DNA from: an archaeon
Lineage (GTDB): Archaea; Nanobdellota; Nanobdellia; SCGC-AAA011-G17; GW2011-AR17
Direction of reading: 5' to 3'
Assembly: GCA_043825775.1 (NCBI GenBank)
Contig: JBDRRK010000012.1
Span: 129,237 to 193,236 of the forward strand
Length of the DNA: 64,000 nucleotides
The notes below the pieces were generated by a model. It saw only the letters and a list, made by a program, of their open reading frames with translations. It had not been told where the DNA came from and ran no database searches. The stretch's first letter is position 1. Each line of letters starts with the position of its first letter. Positions 37,933-47,120 of the stretch are shown piece by piece. Both the position numbers and the translations under genes were made by a program.

Positions 37933-38634
37933 ATGTTAAACAAGATTTACTGCATGGACAACCTGAAGTACCTGAAGAAGGTAAAGGATAACTCAGTTGA
38001 CCTTGTTGTTATTGACCCACCGTACAATGTGAGCCAGAAGAACAACATAAAATACAAGGACATTAACATTGTCAAGAACTTTGGTTCATGGGATTATGGC
38101 TTTGATCCTGTTCCTGTTTTGAAAGAATTAAAAAGAGTGTTAAAACCCAATGGACAGATTTATATCTTCTGTGCTACCAAACAGATTCCAATTTATATGA
38201 ATATACTTGAAGAAGAATGGTTTTTTAGGAATTTATTAGTTTGGTACAAGACAAATCCTGCTCCTAGGATGAGTAAGACTAACTTTGTGTTTGCAAATGA
38301 ATATATTCTTTATGCTATAAATGAAAAGGTTAAACCCAGTTCTGCTACTTTTAATTTTTTGGGACAGTCTTCTATGCATAACACAATCATTACTTCGGCT
38401 TTGCAAGGGAAAGAGAGATTAAAGAAAGATGGGAAGGCACTTCATCCAACCCAAAAGCCACTTTCTGTATTGAAGAAGTTGATTTCTGTATCAAGTAATG
38501 AAGATGATGTTGTGTTGGATGTGTTTATGGGTGTTGGTTCAACTGCAGTTGCTTGTAAAGAGCTAGGTAGAAACTTTATGGGCTGTGAGTTAGATAAGGA
38601 GTATGTTAGGGAGGGGAGGAAGAGATTAGACTAA
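37933..38634 (+). CDS. DNA methyltransferase (N6-adenine/N4-cytosine, beta-class; solitary)
   Basis: Motif IV VVIDPPYNV comes before motif I DVFMGVGSTAVA, as in the ParB-/CcrM-like MTase family. No adjacent endonuclease. Confidence 0.75.
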   Translation: MLNKIYCMDNLKYLKKVKDNSVDLVVIDPPYNVSQKNNIKYKDINIVKNFGSWDYGFDPVPVLKELKRVLKPNGQIYIFCATKQIPIYMNILEEEWFFRNLLVWYKTNPAPRMSKTNFVFANEYILYAINEKVKPSSATFNFLGQSSMHNTIITSALQGKERLKKDGKALHPTQKPLSVLKKLISVSSNEDDVVLDVFMGVGSTAVACKELGRNFMGCELDKEYVREGRKRLD

Positions 38635-38967
38635 TCCTGCTGATGCTCCCCAAACTATAACGCCTGCCGTAACAACTGATGAAACAATTCTTCCTATATG
38701 ATAAAAAGATTCTACCATTTTAAATTTTATTACATAAGAAGCTAAACCAATAAATCCTAAAACTGTTGCAATATTTATATACAAAACAACTAAAAAAGGA
38801 ATGCTTTGAAATATAGAAAAAAATGAAACTAATGCAATTGCATTTGCAAACATTGTTATCCTTCCAGTATAATATTTCTCAACAAGAAACCCAATAACCA
38901 TTAAAGATAAAGGGGCTAATAGATATAGCAATGTTTTGGGGAGTAGTTGTATCAGCCAAATTTCCAT
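38626..38967 (-). CDS. small membrane protein (3-4 TM)
   Basis: Hydrophobic profile. Confidence 0.35.
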   Translation of the reverse strand: MEIWLIQLLPKTLLYLLAPLSLMVIGFLVEKYYTGRITMFANAIALVSFFSIFQSIPFLVVLYINIATVLGFIGLASYVIKFKMVESFYHIGRIVSSVVTAGVIVWGASAGLV

Positions 38968-38973
38968 TCTAAA

Positions 38974-39279
38974 TTAAAACTCAGGTAAATCTCCTAAGTT
39001 ATCTTCCTCCTTGTTATTGCCTTCTGTTTTGATATACTCCTTGTCCCTTACCACAAAAATTTCTACCTTGTCTCCTTTCTTTAACTTACCCTCTTTGTTT
39101 TTATATGCAGTAATAATCTTCTTATAAGATTTAAGAAAACGAACAATATCTTCTCTCGGAAGCCTTCTCAAATTTGAAACATTAGTTCCAGTATCATCAT
39201 ATATTTCAACTTTGTTGATATGTCTCGGTTCTTTGTTGTAGTTTACCCCTACAATTATATAATCTGCCCATTTTTCCAT
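38974..39279 (-). CDS. DUF3892-like small protein (tentative)
   Basis: MEKWADYIIVGVNYNKEPRHINKVEIYDD ... pattern recalled for DUF3892. Confidence 0.35.
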   Translation of the reverse strand: MEKWADYIIVGVNYNKEPRHINKVEIYDDTGTNVSNLRRLPREDIVRFLKSYKKIITAYKNKEGKLKKGDKVEIFVVRDKEYIKTEGNNKEEDNLGDLPEF

Positions 39280-39283
39280 TTTA

Positions 39284-39568
39284 TTACCTACCTTTGTTTT
39301 TATAACCTTTTTTCCTTAGCCTTTCATTCACAGACCCATGTTTGTTAGACATTTTTCCTATTTCTCTTCCATATTTGTCTTTGCCTGTTCTTTTCCAATC
39401 TACAAACTGATTTGTTTTACCAGTCATCCCAGCTGCACTTTTTTTGGCAGTTGGTCCACCAAATTGGTATAATTCTGGAGCCCTCACATTATCTAAACGA
39501 AATCTAGTTCCATTTGCAAAAATGCCTGAATCTCCGTCATGCCATTCTTTTACTCTACGCTTTACCAT
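39284..39568 (-). CDS. short staphylococcal-nuclease (SNase)-like protein
   Basis: DGDSGIF...FRLDNVRAPE...DKYGREI resembles the SNase DGDT / RL.GIDAPE / YGR motifs. Confidence 0.45.
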   Translation of the reverse strand: MVKRRVKEWHDGDSGIFANGTRFRLDNVRAPELYQFGGPTAKKSAAGMTGKTNQFVDWKRTGKDKYGREIGKMSNKHGSVNERLRKKGYKNKGR

Positions 39569-39741
39569 CGTAAAACCTCCTTAATTTTTATTAAAATAGA
39601 TTATATACTTATATTTAAATATTGTCCAAATTTTGGACAAAAATGATTTATTATACAAAAAATATTTATATAAGAAAACAATGTTTTCATTATGTGACAA
39701 CATACTTTTATAAACTTAAATTCCAATGGAGGTTAATATAA

Positions 39742-40425
39742 ATGGTAAAAAAATACAATTCTTTTAAAAAAGCTCTGCAAGGTCTTCATGGTTTAAGCGA
39801 TGAAGAGGCTGATGCTTTTTTTCTTTTGTGCAATAACAAAATTTTCTGTGTTAATGATGTAAAAAAGATTTTAGTTGATATAAAAGCTCATAAAAAAAGC
39901 AGATCCACAGCATATAATTTAGTAGAAAAATTCGTAAAAGTGGGATTAATAACGCAAGTAAACAATGGTAGCAAAAAACAAGAATATGAATGTGTGCATC
40001 CAAGGGCAATATATAATGAACTTAAAATCCAGTTAACTCATGCTGAAAAAGAATTGCCTGAATTAGAAACTTCTTATGAAACTTCAGATTTTAAATCCCA
40101 AGATCCAAGAGAAAAATCTAAAATATTAAAATCAGAAAATGAAATATATTCAATATGTTATTCTTTAAGAGATTGTAAAATAGATATTGTTCATGATGGA
40201 AGCCCAATTATGACAGATTTTTTGGAAAGAATCAAAGATTGTGGATGTGTAAAGAAAGGAGCTACAAATGTTATTATATTTAAAAATGATGAAAAAGGAG
40301 ACAACTGCGGAGTTATAGAATTGTTAAAAAGAACCGAAAAGGGTGCTAAGGTAAGATTGTATGGTTATTTGTTGTATGATGAAGAAAAGTATAATTATTT
40401 TAAAAAAAAGGAGGTGAAAAAATGA
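39742..40425 (+). CDS. HTH-containing protein (putative toxin/partner of the Panacea protein)
   Basis: Winged-helix-like STAYNLVEKFVKVGLI, then a Cys-containing C-terminal domain. Overlaps the next gene by 4 nt. Confidence 0.4.
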   Translation: MVKKYNSFKKALQGLHGLSDEEADAFFLLCNNKIFCVNDVKKILVDIKAHKKSRSTAYNLVEKFVKVGLITQVNNGSKKQEYECVHPRAIYNELKIQLTHAEKELPELETSYETSDFKSQDPREKSKILKSENEIYSICYSLRDCKIDIVHDGSPIMTDFLERIKDCGCVKKGATNVIIFKNDEKGDNCGVIELLKRTEKGAKVRLYGYLLYDEEKYNYFKKKEVKK

Positions 40426-40856
40426 ATGAGCAAAAAGAAATTATGCTTTCTGTAATTTATTTGCTCGAAAAAGTATGGGGGAGGACATATTTACAAAAAT
40501 TTTTTTATTTATTAAACCGTGAAGTGTTTAAAGGTCATCTTTTTAGTTATGACCTATATAAATATGGGCCTTTCTCTGAACAAATAAATACACAACTTAC
40601 AGAATTGGAAATTGAAGGTCTTGTTGAAGAAAAAGCTCTTTTGACCAAAGGATTGCATACAGCTTATACATATAAATTAACAAAAAAAGGTCAAAAATAT
40701 GCCAGCAACATTTTCATAAAACTACCAAATAAAACAAGAGATGAACTAGTGAATTATACAAATAAATTCAAACAGTATTCACCAACAGAACTATTAAGAT
40801 TTGTCTATGAAAAATACCCTGAAGTCACAAAGAATAGCATCTACAATAAAGAATAG
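40422..40856 (+). CDS. Panacea (DUF4065/SocA-like) domain protein, putative antitoxin
   Basis: LQKFFYLLNREVF ... YKYGPFSE matches the Panacea signature (KLqKLlY ... YGP). Paralogous to 55024-55599. Confidence 0.5.
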   Translation: MNEQKEIMLSVIYLLEKVWGRTYLQKFFYLLNREVFKGHLFSYDLYKYGPFSEQINTQLTELEIEGLVEEKALLTKGLHTAYTYKLTKKGQKYASNIFIKLPNKTRDELVNYTNKFKQYSPTELLRFVYEKYPEVTKNSIYNKE

Positions 40857-40959
40857 TGGCTGAGATATAACTTTTACTTAATAGCAACTTTTATAAATGT
40901 ATCTATCTTGTATCTAAATTGTGGCTAAGAATATATATCTATGTAGCTAAAAAGGAGGT

Positions 40960-41220
40960 ATGGAAAAAGAGATGGTCAATGCTATTTCATTGCTAAAATC
41001 AAGTAAATATAGATTTAAGATTACTAAAGCAATAGATAATAATACTCTTACTCCTTCTGAAATAGCAAATAAAACCCAAATAAGACTTAATCACGTAAGT
41101 ATGTTCTTGAGAGAACTAAAAGACAATAAATTAGTTAAATGCCTAAATGAAAAAAGTAGAAAAGGAAGGCTATATGAATTAACAGAACTAGGTAAAAATG
41201 CAATCAAAAAACTCAATTAA
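40960..41220 (+). CDS. small winged-HTH regulator, controller (C-protein)-like, of the restriction-modification system
   Basis: 86-aa HTH protein (LTPSEIANKTQIRLNHVSMFLRELKDNKLV) immediately upstream of and overlapping the MTase gene. Confidence 0.5.
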   Translation: MEKEMVNAISLLKSSKYRFKITKAIDNNTLTPSEIANKTQIRLNHVSMFLRELKDNKLVKCLNEKSRKGRLYELTELGKNAIKKLN

Positions 41221-42478
41221 ATTCAAAGATGAATCTTGGGACTTTAGAAAAGGTGATACCAAATACAGTAATCATGGTATTCATACTTATCCTGCTATGA
41301 TGATACCCCAAATAGCTAGAAGATTAATTGAAATGTATGGAAAAGGTTCAAAAGTAATTTTAGATCCATTTATGGGTTCTGGAACCGCTTTACTCGAAGC
41401 TACATTGCATAATAATTTTATAAAAGCTTATGGTATTGATATTAACCCTCTTGCATTATTAATTGCAAAAGCTAAAACAACACCAATTGATCCAAATAAA
41501 CTTCTTGTAGAATATAACAGATTAATCGCAGATAGTGTTAGTGAAAAAAAGAAAGTCATGTTTGAGGGAAAGAAAATTAACAAACCTAATTTTTTTAATA
41601 TTGATTTCTGGTTTAAACCTGATGTGATTACAGATTTAGCAATAATAAAAGATAGCATTAATAATATTTCTAATGAAACAACAAAAAACTTTTTCTTGGT
41701 GGCTTTTTCCGAAACTGTTAGAAATGTATCAAATACAAGAAATAGGGAATTCAAGCTTTATAGAATGAGTCCTGCAATGTTAGAAAAACATAATCCTGAT
41801 ACATTTAATGAATTCAAAGAAAGAGTCAGACTTAATTTAGCAAAGATGGATGAATTTACAAAAGAAGTAAATAAAAATTGTCAAGTAAATGTCCTTGATG
41901 AAGACACAAGAAACATCAAGTCAATAAAAGATCAAGAAGTGGATTTAATTGTTACTTCCCCACCTTATGGTGATAGTAGAACAACTGTGGCTTATGGCCA
42001 ATTTTCAAGGTTAGCTTTGCAATGGATTGGTTTTGATAAAAAAACAGTAATTGATATTGATAAAATTAGTTTGGGTGGGATTCCTACAAAAGAACTTCAA
42101 GTTAATCTAGAATCACCAACATTAAAAAAAATAATAGAAGAAATCGCAAAAGAAGATTCAAAAAGAGCAAAGGATGTCTTAAGTTTTTATGTTGATTTTG
42201 ATAAATGCATAAAAGAATTGCATAGAGTAACCAAAGATGGAGCTTATTTATGTTTTGTTGTGGGAAACAGGACAGTTAAAGGAATACAAATACCTACCGA
42301 TGATATAATTGTCGAGTTATTTAAGTCTAAAAATAATTATCAACATATTAATACCTTTATTAGGAATATTCCACATAAAAGAATGCCTAAGAAAAATAGC
42401 CCAACAAATAAGATTGGTAAACTTTCAAATACAATGAATGAAGAGTGGATTATTATTCTTCAAAAGAAAAAACATTAA
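41198..42478 (+). CDS. DNA methyltransferase (N4-C/N6-A family, alpha-type order I-TRD-IV)
   Basis: N-terminal HTYPAMMIPQIARRLIEMY ... DPFMGSGT (motif I) and VTSPPYG (motif IV) ~190 aa later. This is the PF01555-type MTase family to which M.MvaI and M.BcnI belong. Confidence 0.8.
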   Translation: MQSKNSIKFKDESWDFRKGDTKYSNHGIHTYPAMMIPQIARRLIEMYGKGSKVILDPFMGSGTALLEATLHNNFIKAYGIDINPLALLIAKAKTTPIDPNKLLVEYNRLIADSVSEKKKVMFEGKKINKPNFFNIDFWFKPDVITDLAIIKDSINNISNETTKNFFLVAFSETVRNVSNTRNREFKLYRMSPAMLEKHNPDTFNEFKERVRLNLAKMDEFTKEVNKNCQVNVLDEDTRNIKSIKDQEVDLIVTSPPYGDSRTTVAYGQFSRLALQWIGFDKKTVIDIDKISLGGIPTKELQVNLESPTLKKIIEEIAKEDSKRAKDVLSFYVDFDKCIKELHRVTKDGAYLCFVVGNRTVKGIQIPTDDIIVELFKSKNNYQHINTFIRNIPHKRMPKKNSPTNKIGKLSNTMNEEWIIILQKKKH

Positions 42479-43215
42479 AGAATAATTTCTTTCTTTTCAT
42501 AGAGTTTATCTAAATGATTTCTGGATAATCTAAATCCTGGACCATGATCTCTAACAAAGAAATTACCTTTTCCCTGAGTCCTTTCTCTAATATCCATTCT
42601 AAACTCCCAAACCATTAATCCTTCTTTTAATAAAAGTTCGAATGCTTTTTCTGTCATTTTTGTTAACAAAATAGCGCTAGAATAATTAAAATATTCGCCA
42701 TCTTTTTCCATCTTCCTAAATGCCAATACCATTAACAGGTTTTCATGTAACTTCTTCTTTAAAATAGCCATTAATTCTTCAATCTTGAAAAAAGAAACTA
42801 CTCCACCTTCTTTGTGAACAATATTCAATTTGTTATTTTCCTCATCTAATTCTAGTTTAAACCCTTGCTCATTAAATCCATCTACTTTTAGAGTTGTCTT
42901 TAATGCTTTTCTTCCTTTAATGTCTTTATAACCATATTTTTCTATTATTTGCTTTGCACTTAATGGAGACCAATGAGGAACTTTTGTAAACAAAGTAACT
43001 CTAGAAGAAGCATCAATCCTTTGTGCTTTTAATTCTACAGGTATACCATTATATGAAAGATCAGGCTCTCCAAGATTATTTTCTTTAATTCCTAGCATAG
43101 TTTCAAGAGTATATCCTATTCCAGTGTTATCTTTTCTTAAAGATTTAACAAACCCTTTATCTTTTAGTTCTTTTAACTTCTCTTTTATATCAATTTCAAT
43201 TAATCCTTCTGCCAT
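42475..43215 (-). CDS. type II restriction endonuclease, MvaI/BcnI-like (tentative)
   Basis: Convergent with the MTase and overlapping it by 4 nt. GIGYTLETMLGIKENNLGEPDL...IPVELKAQR resembles the MvaI_BcnI family N-terminal motif. Confidence 0.45.
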   Translation of the reverse strand: MAEGLIEIDIKEKLKELKDKGFVKSLRKDNTGIGYTLETMLGIKENNLGEPDLSYNGIPVELKAQRIDASSRVTLFTKVPHWSPLSAKQIIEKYGYKDIKGRKALKTTLKVDGFNEQGFKLELDEENNKLNIVHKEGGVVSFFKIEELMAILKKKLHENLLMVLAFRKMEKDGEYFNYSSAILLTKMTEKAFELLLKEGLMVWEFRMDIRERTQGKGNFFVRDHGPGFRLSRNHLDKLYEKKEIIL

Positions 43216-43296
43216 TATTTTTGTTAAGAAACAGATTGTTAAATACTGATATCACATAATAGATACAATTTAGATACAATATTATATTATTCGTAT

Positions 43297-43325
43297 TACC
43301 TTCTCCGAAACCCGCTATTTACATA
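43297..43325 (+). promoter_or_regulatory. archaeal BRE/TATA promoter, island family copy 3 (taccttctccgaaacccgctatttacata)
   Basis: 27/29 identical to the copy at 47452. Lies ~33 nt upstream of ATG 43357. Confidence 0.65.
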
Positions 43326-43356
43326 ACCGAGCCACTAGGCTGTTAGGGTGTGATTA

Positions 43357-43515
43357 ATGAACTGTAGGATATGTAAAAAGAAACTCGAGGCAAAGGAAGG
43401 AACCCTCTGTAGAACATGTATTAGGTTCTTCAAATGGAAATACCGGACTCTTGAGAAATTCCGAGCATCCTACAGTTCAGCCCTTAAAGCCGATGGAGGT
43501 AATCAAGATGACTGA
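43357..43515 (+). CDS. 52-aa zinc-ribbon protein (first gene of the transfer-module operon)
   Basis: MNCRICKKKLEAKEGTLCRTCIRFFKWKYRTLEKFRASYSSALKADGGNQDD with CxxC...CxxC. Its end overlaps the start of the next gene. Not in the ORF track. Confidence 0.4.
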   Translation: MNCRICKKKLEAKEGTLCRTCIRFFKWKYRTLEKFRASYSSALKADGGNQDD

Positions 43516-43738
43516 ACTTCTGAATGGAATATTAATGGGAGTTTTCTTTTCCCTGCTTATGGTGGACACTGTTCTTCTGTTAATGTATCTAATGAAGAAA
43601 TCAAAGAAAAATCCGAAGAAAAAAATTCCCCAAGTCGCACCAAAACAGGAAACTAAACCTGTGAAGGAAAAGAAGGATATTTTTCTTGGATTTAGAAATT
43701 TATTCCCTAAAAAACTTAAAGGAGGTAAAGAACAATGA
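43508..43738 (+). CDS. small single-TM protein with a basic tail (track ORF 43451..43738, start moved to the SD-preceded ATG)
   Basis: GGAGGT lies 7 nt before ATG 43508. Product is MTELLNGILMGVFFSLLMVDTVLLLMYLMKKSKKNPKKK.... Confidence 0.4.
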   Translation: MTELLNGILMGVFFSLLMVDTVLLLMYLMKKSKKNPKKKIPQVAPKQETKPVKEKKDIFLGFRNLFPKKLKGGKEQ

Positions 43739-44070
43739 AATTGGCGCCGATTTTATTTTTGTTGCTTTTGTTGGTAACATTAGCAACGCCCTTAGTTGCA
43801 GCTGCGATTGATTTTGATGAAGAATTGACACAGGAGGAAGAAGATACTTTTGATGCAATTTTAGCACCTATAATGAAAGTATACAACTTTATCAAGTATG
43901 CTATGTCTGTTGTAGCAGTTTTAATGCTAGTATTTGCAGGTATTACTTTTGTAACTGCTGGCGGAGAAACGGGTAAGAAAGAAAAAGCAAAGAATATGAT
44001 GGTAGGAGTTGTGATTGGATTAATAATAATCTGGGTTGCACCTTTGGTTGTGGAGTATATCTTTACATGA
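43735..44070 (+). CDS. VirB2/TrbC-pilin-like or CedA1-like small membrane protein
   Basis: Long Sec signal (MKLAPILFLLLLLVTLATPLVAAA), an acidic segment, then two TM helices separated by a short K-rich loop, at 111 aa. GGAGGT Shine-Dalgarno and an ATGA overlap with the flanking genes. Confidence 0.4.
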   Translation: MKLAPILFLLLLLVTLATPLVAAAIDFDEELTQEEEDTFDAILAPIMKVYNFIKYAMSVVAVLMLVFAGITFVTAGGETGKKEKAKNMMVGVVIGLIIIWVAPLVVEYIFT

Positions 44071-46109
44071 AACCATTTATTTTTGTGGGAGTGATTCTTT
44101 TATTACTCCCATTTTCTTTAGCTTTTGATTGTTCTCTTACTTATGATGAAGATTATTGCCTTGAAATTATAAATTCTGAGTTAAATGAAACTGAAAAAGA
44201 TTTAGTGTTATCTTCTTTATTGTATGCTGATAATAAGTTTCCAAATTACGAATTTATCGAAGAGTATAATTTAGATATAGAGGTTGATGCTCCACCAGAT
44301 AATACTGCTATATATAATTCTGCTCAAATAAAAAATGCTTGGTTGAGTTTTTTAATTGTTTTTCCCTCTATTTATGAAGAAGAAATACTCTATGTTCCTT
44401 ATTATATCAATGTTTTGAGTGAATATAATTATGAAGTTGAGATACCAACTGAAACAAGAGCTGGAGATTGTAGGACTGAATATGAATTAGTTCAAAACAA
44501 TGTAGAGGTTTATTATTATCTTAATAATCTTTTAAAAGGCTCTGGAAAAACTGACTCTTTTGCTTCTAATGATGGAACATTAACAGCAGAACTAAATATT
44601 AACACAAGAATAAAAGTAGATCATTATAGAACACAAACTTACTGCTGTGGGTGGGCTGATTGGCAACAAATAAACTGTGATAGATACTGCACAAGATGTG
44701 TTTATTCCCATACTGATTATGAAGATGATTCAATACAGATTACAGAGGAGAAAAACATTACTCTATATACTGAAGAGCCTTTTGTTAATTTAACTGTTGT
44801 AAATGAGTATTGGAATACAACCAAAGGCATATTTACAGCAGAAAATTACAGCTATTTTGAATTAAATTTTGAAGATTCTTATATTTCCAAACAGAATTAT
44901 TATTATGATCTTGTTTTTGAGAAAAAACCCTACTATATTGCTTACATAAGAGCTAATAATTTCAGCCATACTGCACTAAGTAATCTCTTCTTAGATAACA
45001 ATACCTTTTTTGTAAAAAATACTGAAAATTGCAGTTTATTTGCTTTTAATCACTTCTATAATTTTACTTCTGGATGCGATTTAACTCTTTATCAGGAAAA
45101 TCTAGAAGAATTGAGCATGGAAGAGGGAAATATTAATCTAACTTTTATTTTTTATATAATAATTTTTTTAATAGTAATCTATACAATTTACATACTTCTT
45201 AAATCACAGGCACGAAAGATAATAATTCCTTTATTTTTTATTTTATTATTGCTTCCTCTTGTTTCTGCAGCAGAAGAAGAATGTGGAATAACTAACTTGG
45301 CTTCATGCATTCCTGAAAAGATTTATGATTTTTTTATTAATCTGATAAACCAACCAATTTTACCAACTTTAAGTGCAATTGAATCATTACTTACTGCTGA
45401 AGGAAATATAGATTTATTTTATCATTTATGGAGTGTAATAAGATATATCATGAGCTTCTTTTACATATTTTTCTTTGTCTATGTAGGTTATGTATTTCTA
45501 ATGTCTAATGATAATCCAATCAAAAGAGCACATGCCAAAGAGATGCTAAAGAATACTTTTTTGATGATTATGTTAATTCAAGGTTCATTTTTCATTTATG
45601 GTTTAGCTTTAGATGTAAATAGTGCTTTGAGTAGTGCAATACTAACAATGGTTGATCCAACTTTCTTCTTAATTACTGCCGACAACATTGTAAATATTGG
45701 CTTAGAGTTTATGCTGACATGGACATACTCTTTTATTTTGTTTATAACAATGTTAATGTTGGTTTTAAGATATATGGTAGTCTGTTTTGGAGTTGTGATA
45801 TTCCCCATAGGATTGTTTTGTTATTTTATCCCTCCCATGAAAGCCATTGGAAAGTTTCTTATTTCTTTTTTAGCCATATTTATCTTTGTAACTTTCTTTG
45901 ATTTATTGATTATAGTAGCTTGTTCATACTTAGTTGATATTCCTCTATTTGAAAATTTTAAGATTTGTGTTATGATTATGTGTTTTGGTATTATCATTTA
46001 CACTCTCTGGTTTGCGATTAAATTTACCCTGAGAATGTCTACAAATGTTTCAATCAAGGATGATTTGAATCAGGCTGTAAAATATGTTGCTATGGTTGCT
46101 GCTGTTTAA
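44067..46109 (+). CDS. large polytopic membrane protein with Cys-rich, N-glycosylation-sequon-rich ectodomain (VirB6/TrbL-like candidate)
   Basis: Signal/TM start, ~330-aa extracytoplasmic region with about 14 Cys and ~10 N-x-S/T sequons, then ~8 TM helices over ~330 aa. Confidence 0.45.
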   Translation: MKPFIFVGVILLLLPFSLAFDCSLTYDEDYCLEIINSELNETEKDLVLSSLLYADNKFPNYEFIEEYNLDIEVDAPPDNTAIYNSAQIKNAWLSFLIVFPSIYEEEILYVPYYINVLSEYNYEVEIPTETRAGDCRTEYELVQNNVEVYYYLNNLLKGSGKTDSFASNDGTLTAELNINTRIKVDHYRTQTYCCGWADWQQINCDRYCTRCVYSHTDYEDDSIQITEEKNITLYTEEPFVNLTVVNEYWNTTKGIFTAENYSYFELNFEDSYISKQNYYYDLVFEKKPYYIAYIRANNFSHTALSNLFLDNNTFFVKNTENCSLFAFNHFYNFTSGCDLTLYQENLEELSMEEGNINLTFIFYIIIFLIVIYTIYILLKSQARKIIIPLFFILLLLPLVSAAEEECGITNLASCIPEKIYDFFINLINQPILPTLSAIESLLTAEGNIDLFYHLWSVIRYIMSFFYIFFFVYVGYVFLMSNDNPIKRAHAKEMLKNTFLMIMLIQGSFFIYGLALDVNSALSSAILTMVDPTFFLITADNIVNIGLEFMLTWTYSFILFITMLMLVLRYMVVCFGVVIFPIGLFCYFIPPMKAIGKFLISFLAIFIFVTFFDLLIIVACSYLVDIPLFENFKICVMIMCFGIIIYTLWFAIKFTLRMSTNVSIKDDLNQAVKYVAMVAAV

Positions 46110-46151
46110 GAAACAAATAATTTTTTAAAGAAGGGTATTTTTTCTATAATA

Positions 46152-47120
46152 ATGGAAAAGGTTATCTTTGATAAGAATTTATTATTAAATCCTGAAATAT
46201 TAAAAGAACAATTAGTATTCCCTAAAGATTCTAAGATTGCAATAAAAATGCATATGGGGGAAGAGAATAATAAAACTTGTTTGAGAGCTGAAGATGTTAA
46301 GCCAATTGTAGATGTTTTACTTGAATTAGGAACTAAACCATTTATTATAGATACTCCTGTGTCCTATAAGGGTGGACGTCATACTTGTGAAGCCTATTTG
46401 AAAACTGCTAAGGATAATGGGTTTTCTGAAGAAACTATTGGTTGTCCTATTGTAATTTCAAATGATTATCATGAAGTAAGAACTGAATATATGGATTTTC
46501 AAGTATGTAAGGAACTTTATGAAACAGAGTATATGATTGTTTTATCTCATGTTAAGGGGCATTGTTGTACTGGATTTGGTGGAGCTATTAAGAATTTGTC
46601 TATGGGTGGAGCAACTATAAAGTCTAAAAGAGATATGCATTCTTTAGGAAAACCAGATATTCTTAAAGAGTGTAGTTTGTGTGGTATTTGTGAGAAAAAC
46701 TGCCCTGCAAAGTGTATTAAGATTGATGATAAATTGAATATTAATTTAGATGGTTGTTGGGGCTGTGGTGTTTGTGTTGTTAATTGTCCTGAAAAGATTT
46801 TGAAACCTAAAACTGTGTTAATTGATGAGTTACTTGCTGAAGGTGCTTGGGCTAGTGTGCAGAATAAGAAGAAGATTTTATGTATCAATATGATTAAGAG
46901 GATTACTAAACTTTGTGATTGTGAGTCTGATTCTGGTAAGATTATTGCTCCTGATGTTGGAGTGTTGTTTTCTAGTGATCCAGTTGCAATTGATCAGGCT
47001 TCTATTGATTTGGTTGGAGATGCTTTTTTGAAAGAGAATCATAAGGATCCTCAGTTGCAGATTGATTATTCTGAGAAGTTGGGTTTTGGTGGGAAGGATT
47101 ATGAATTGGTAAAGGTTTAA
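46152..47120 (+). CDS. DUF362-domain protein with 2x[4Fe-4S] ferredoxin domain
   Basis: CSLCGICEKNCP and CWGCGVCVVNCP dicluster motifs inside a DUF362-like fold. Confidence 0.65.
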   Translation: MEKVIFDKNLLLNPEILKEQLVFPKDSKIAIKMHMGEENNKTCLRAEDVKPIVDVLLELGTKPFIIDTPVSYKGGRHTCEAYLKTAKDNGFSEETIGCPIVISNDYHEVRTEYMDFQVCKELYETEYMIVLSHVKGHCCTGFGGAIKNLSMGGATIKSKRDMHSLGKPDILKECSLCGICEKNCPAKCIKIDDKLNINLDGCWGCGVCVVNCPEKILKPKTVLIDELLAEGAWASVQNKKKILCINMIKRITKLCDCESDSGKIIAPDVGVLFSSDPVAIDQASIDLVGDAFLKENHKDPQLQIDYSEKLGFGGKDYELVKV

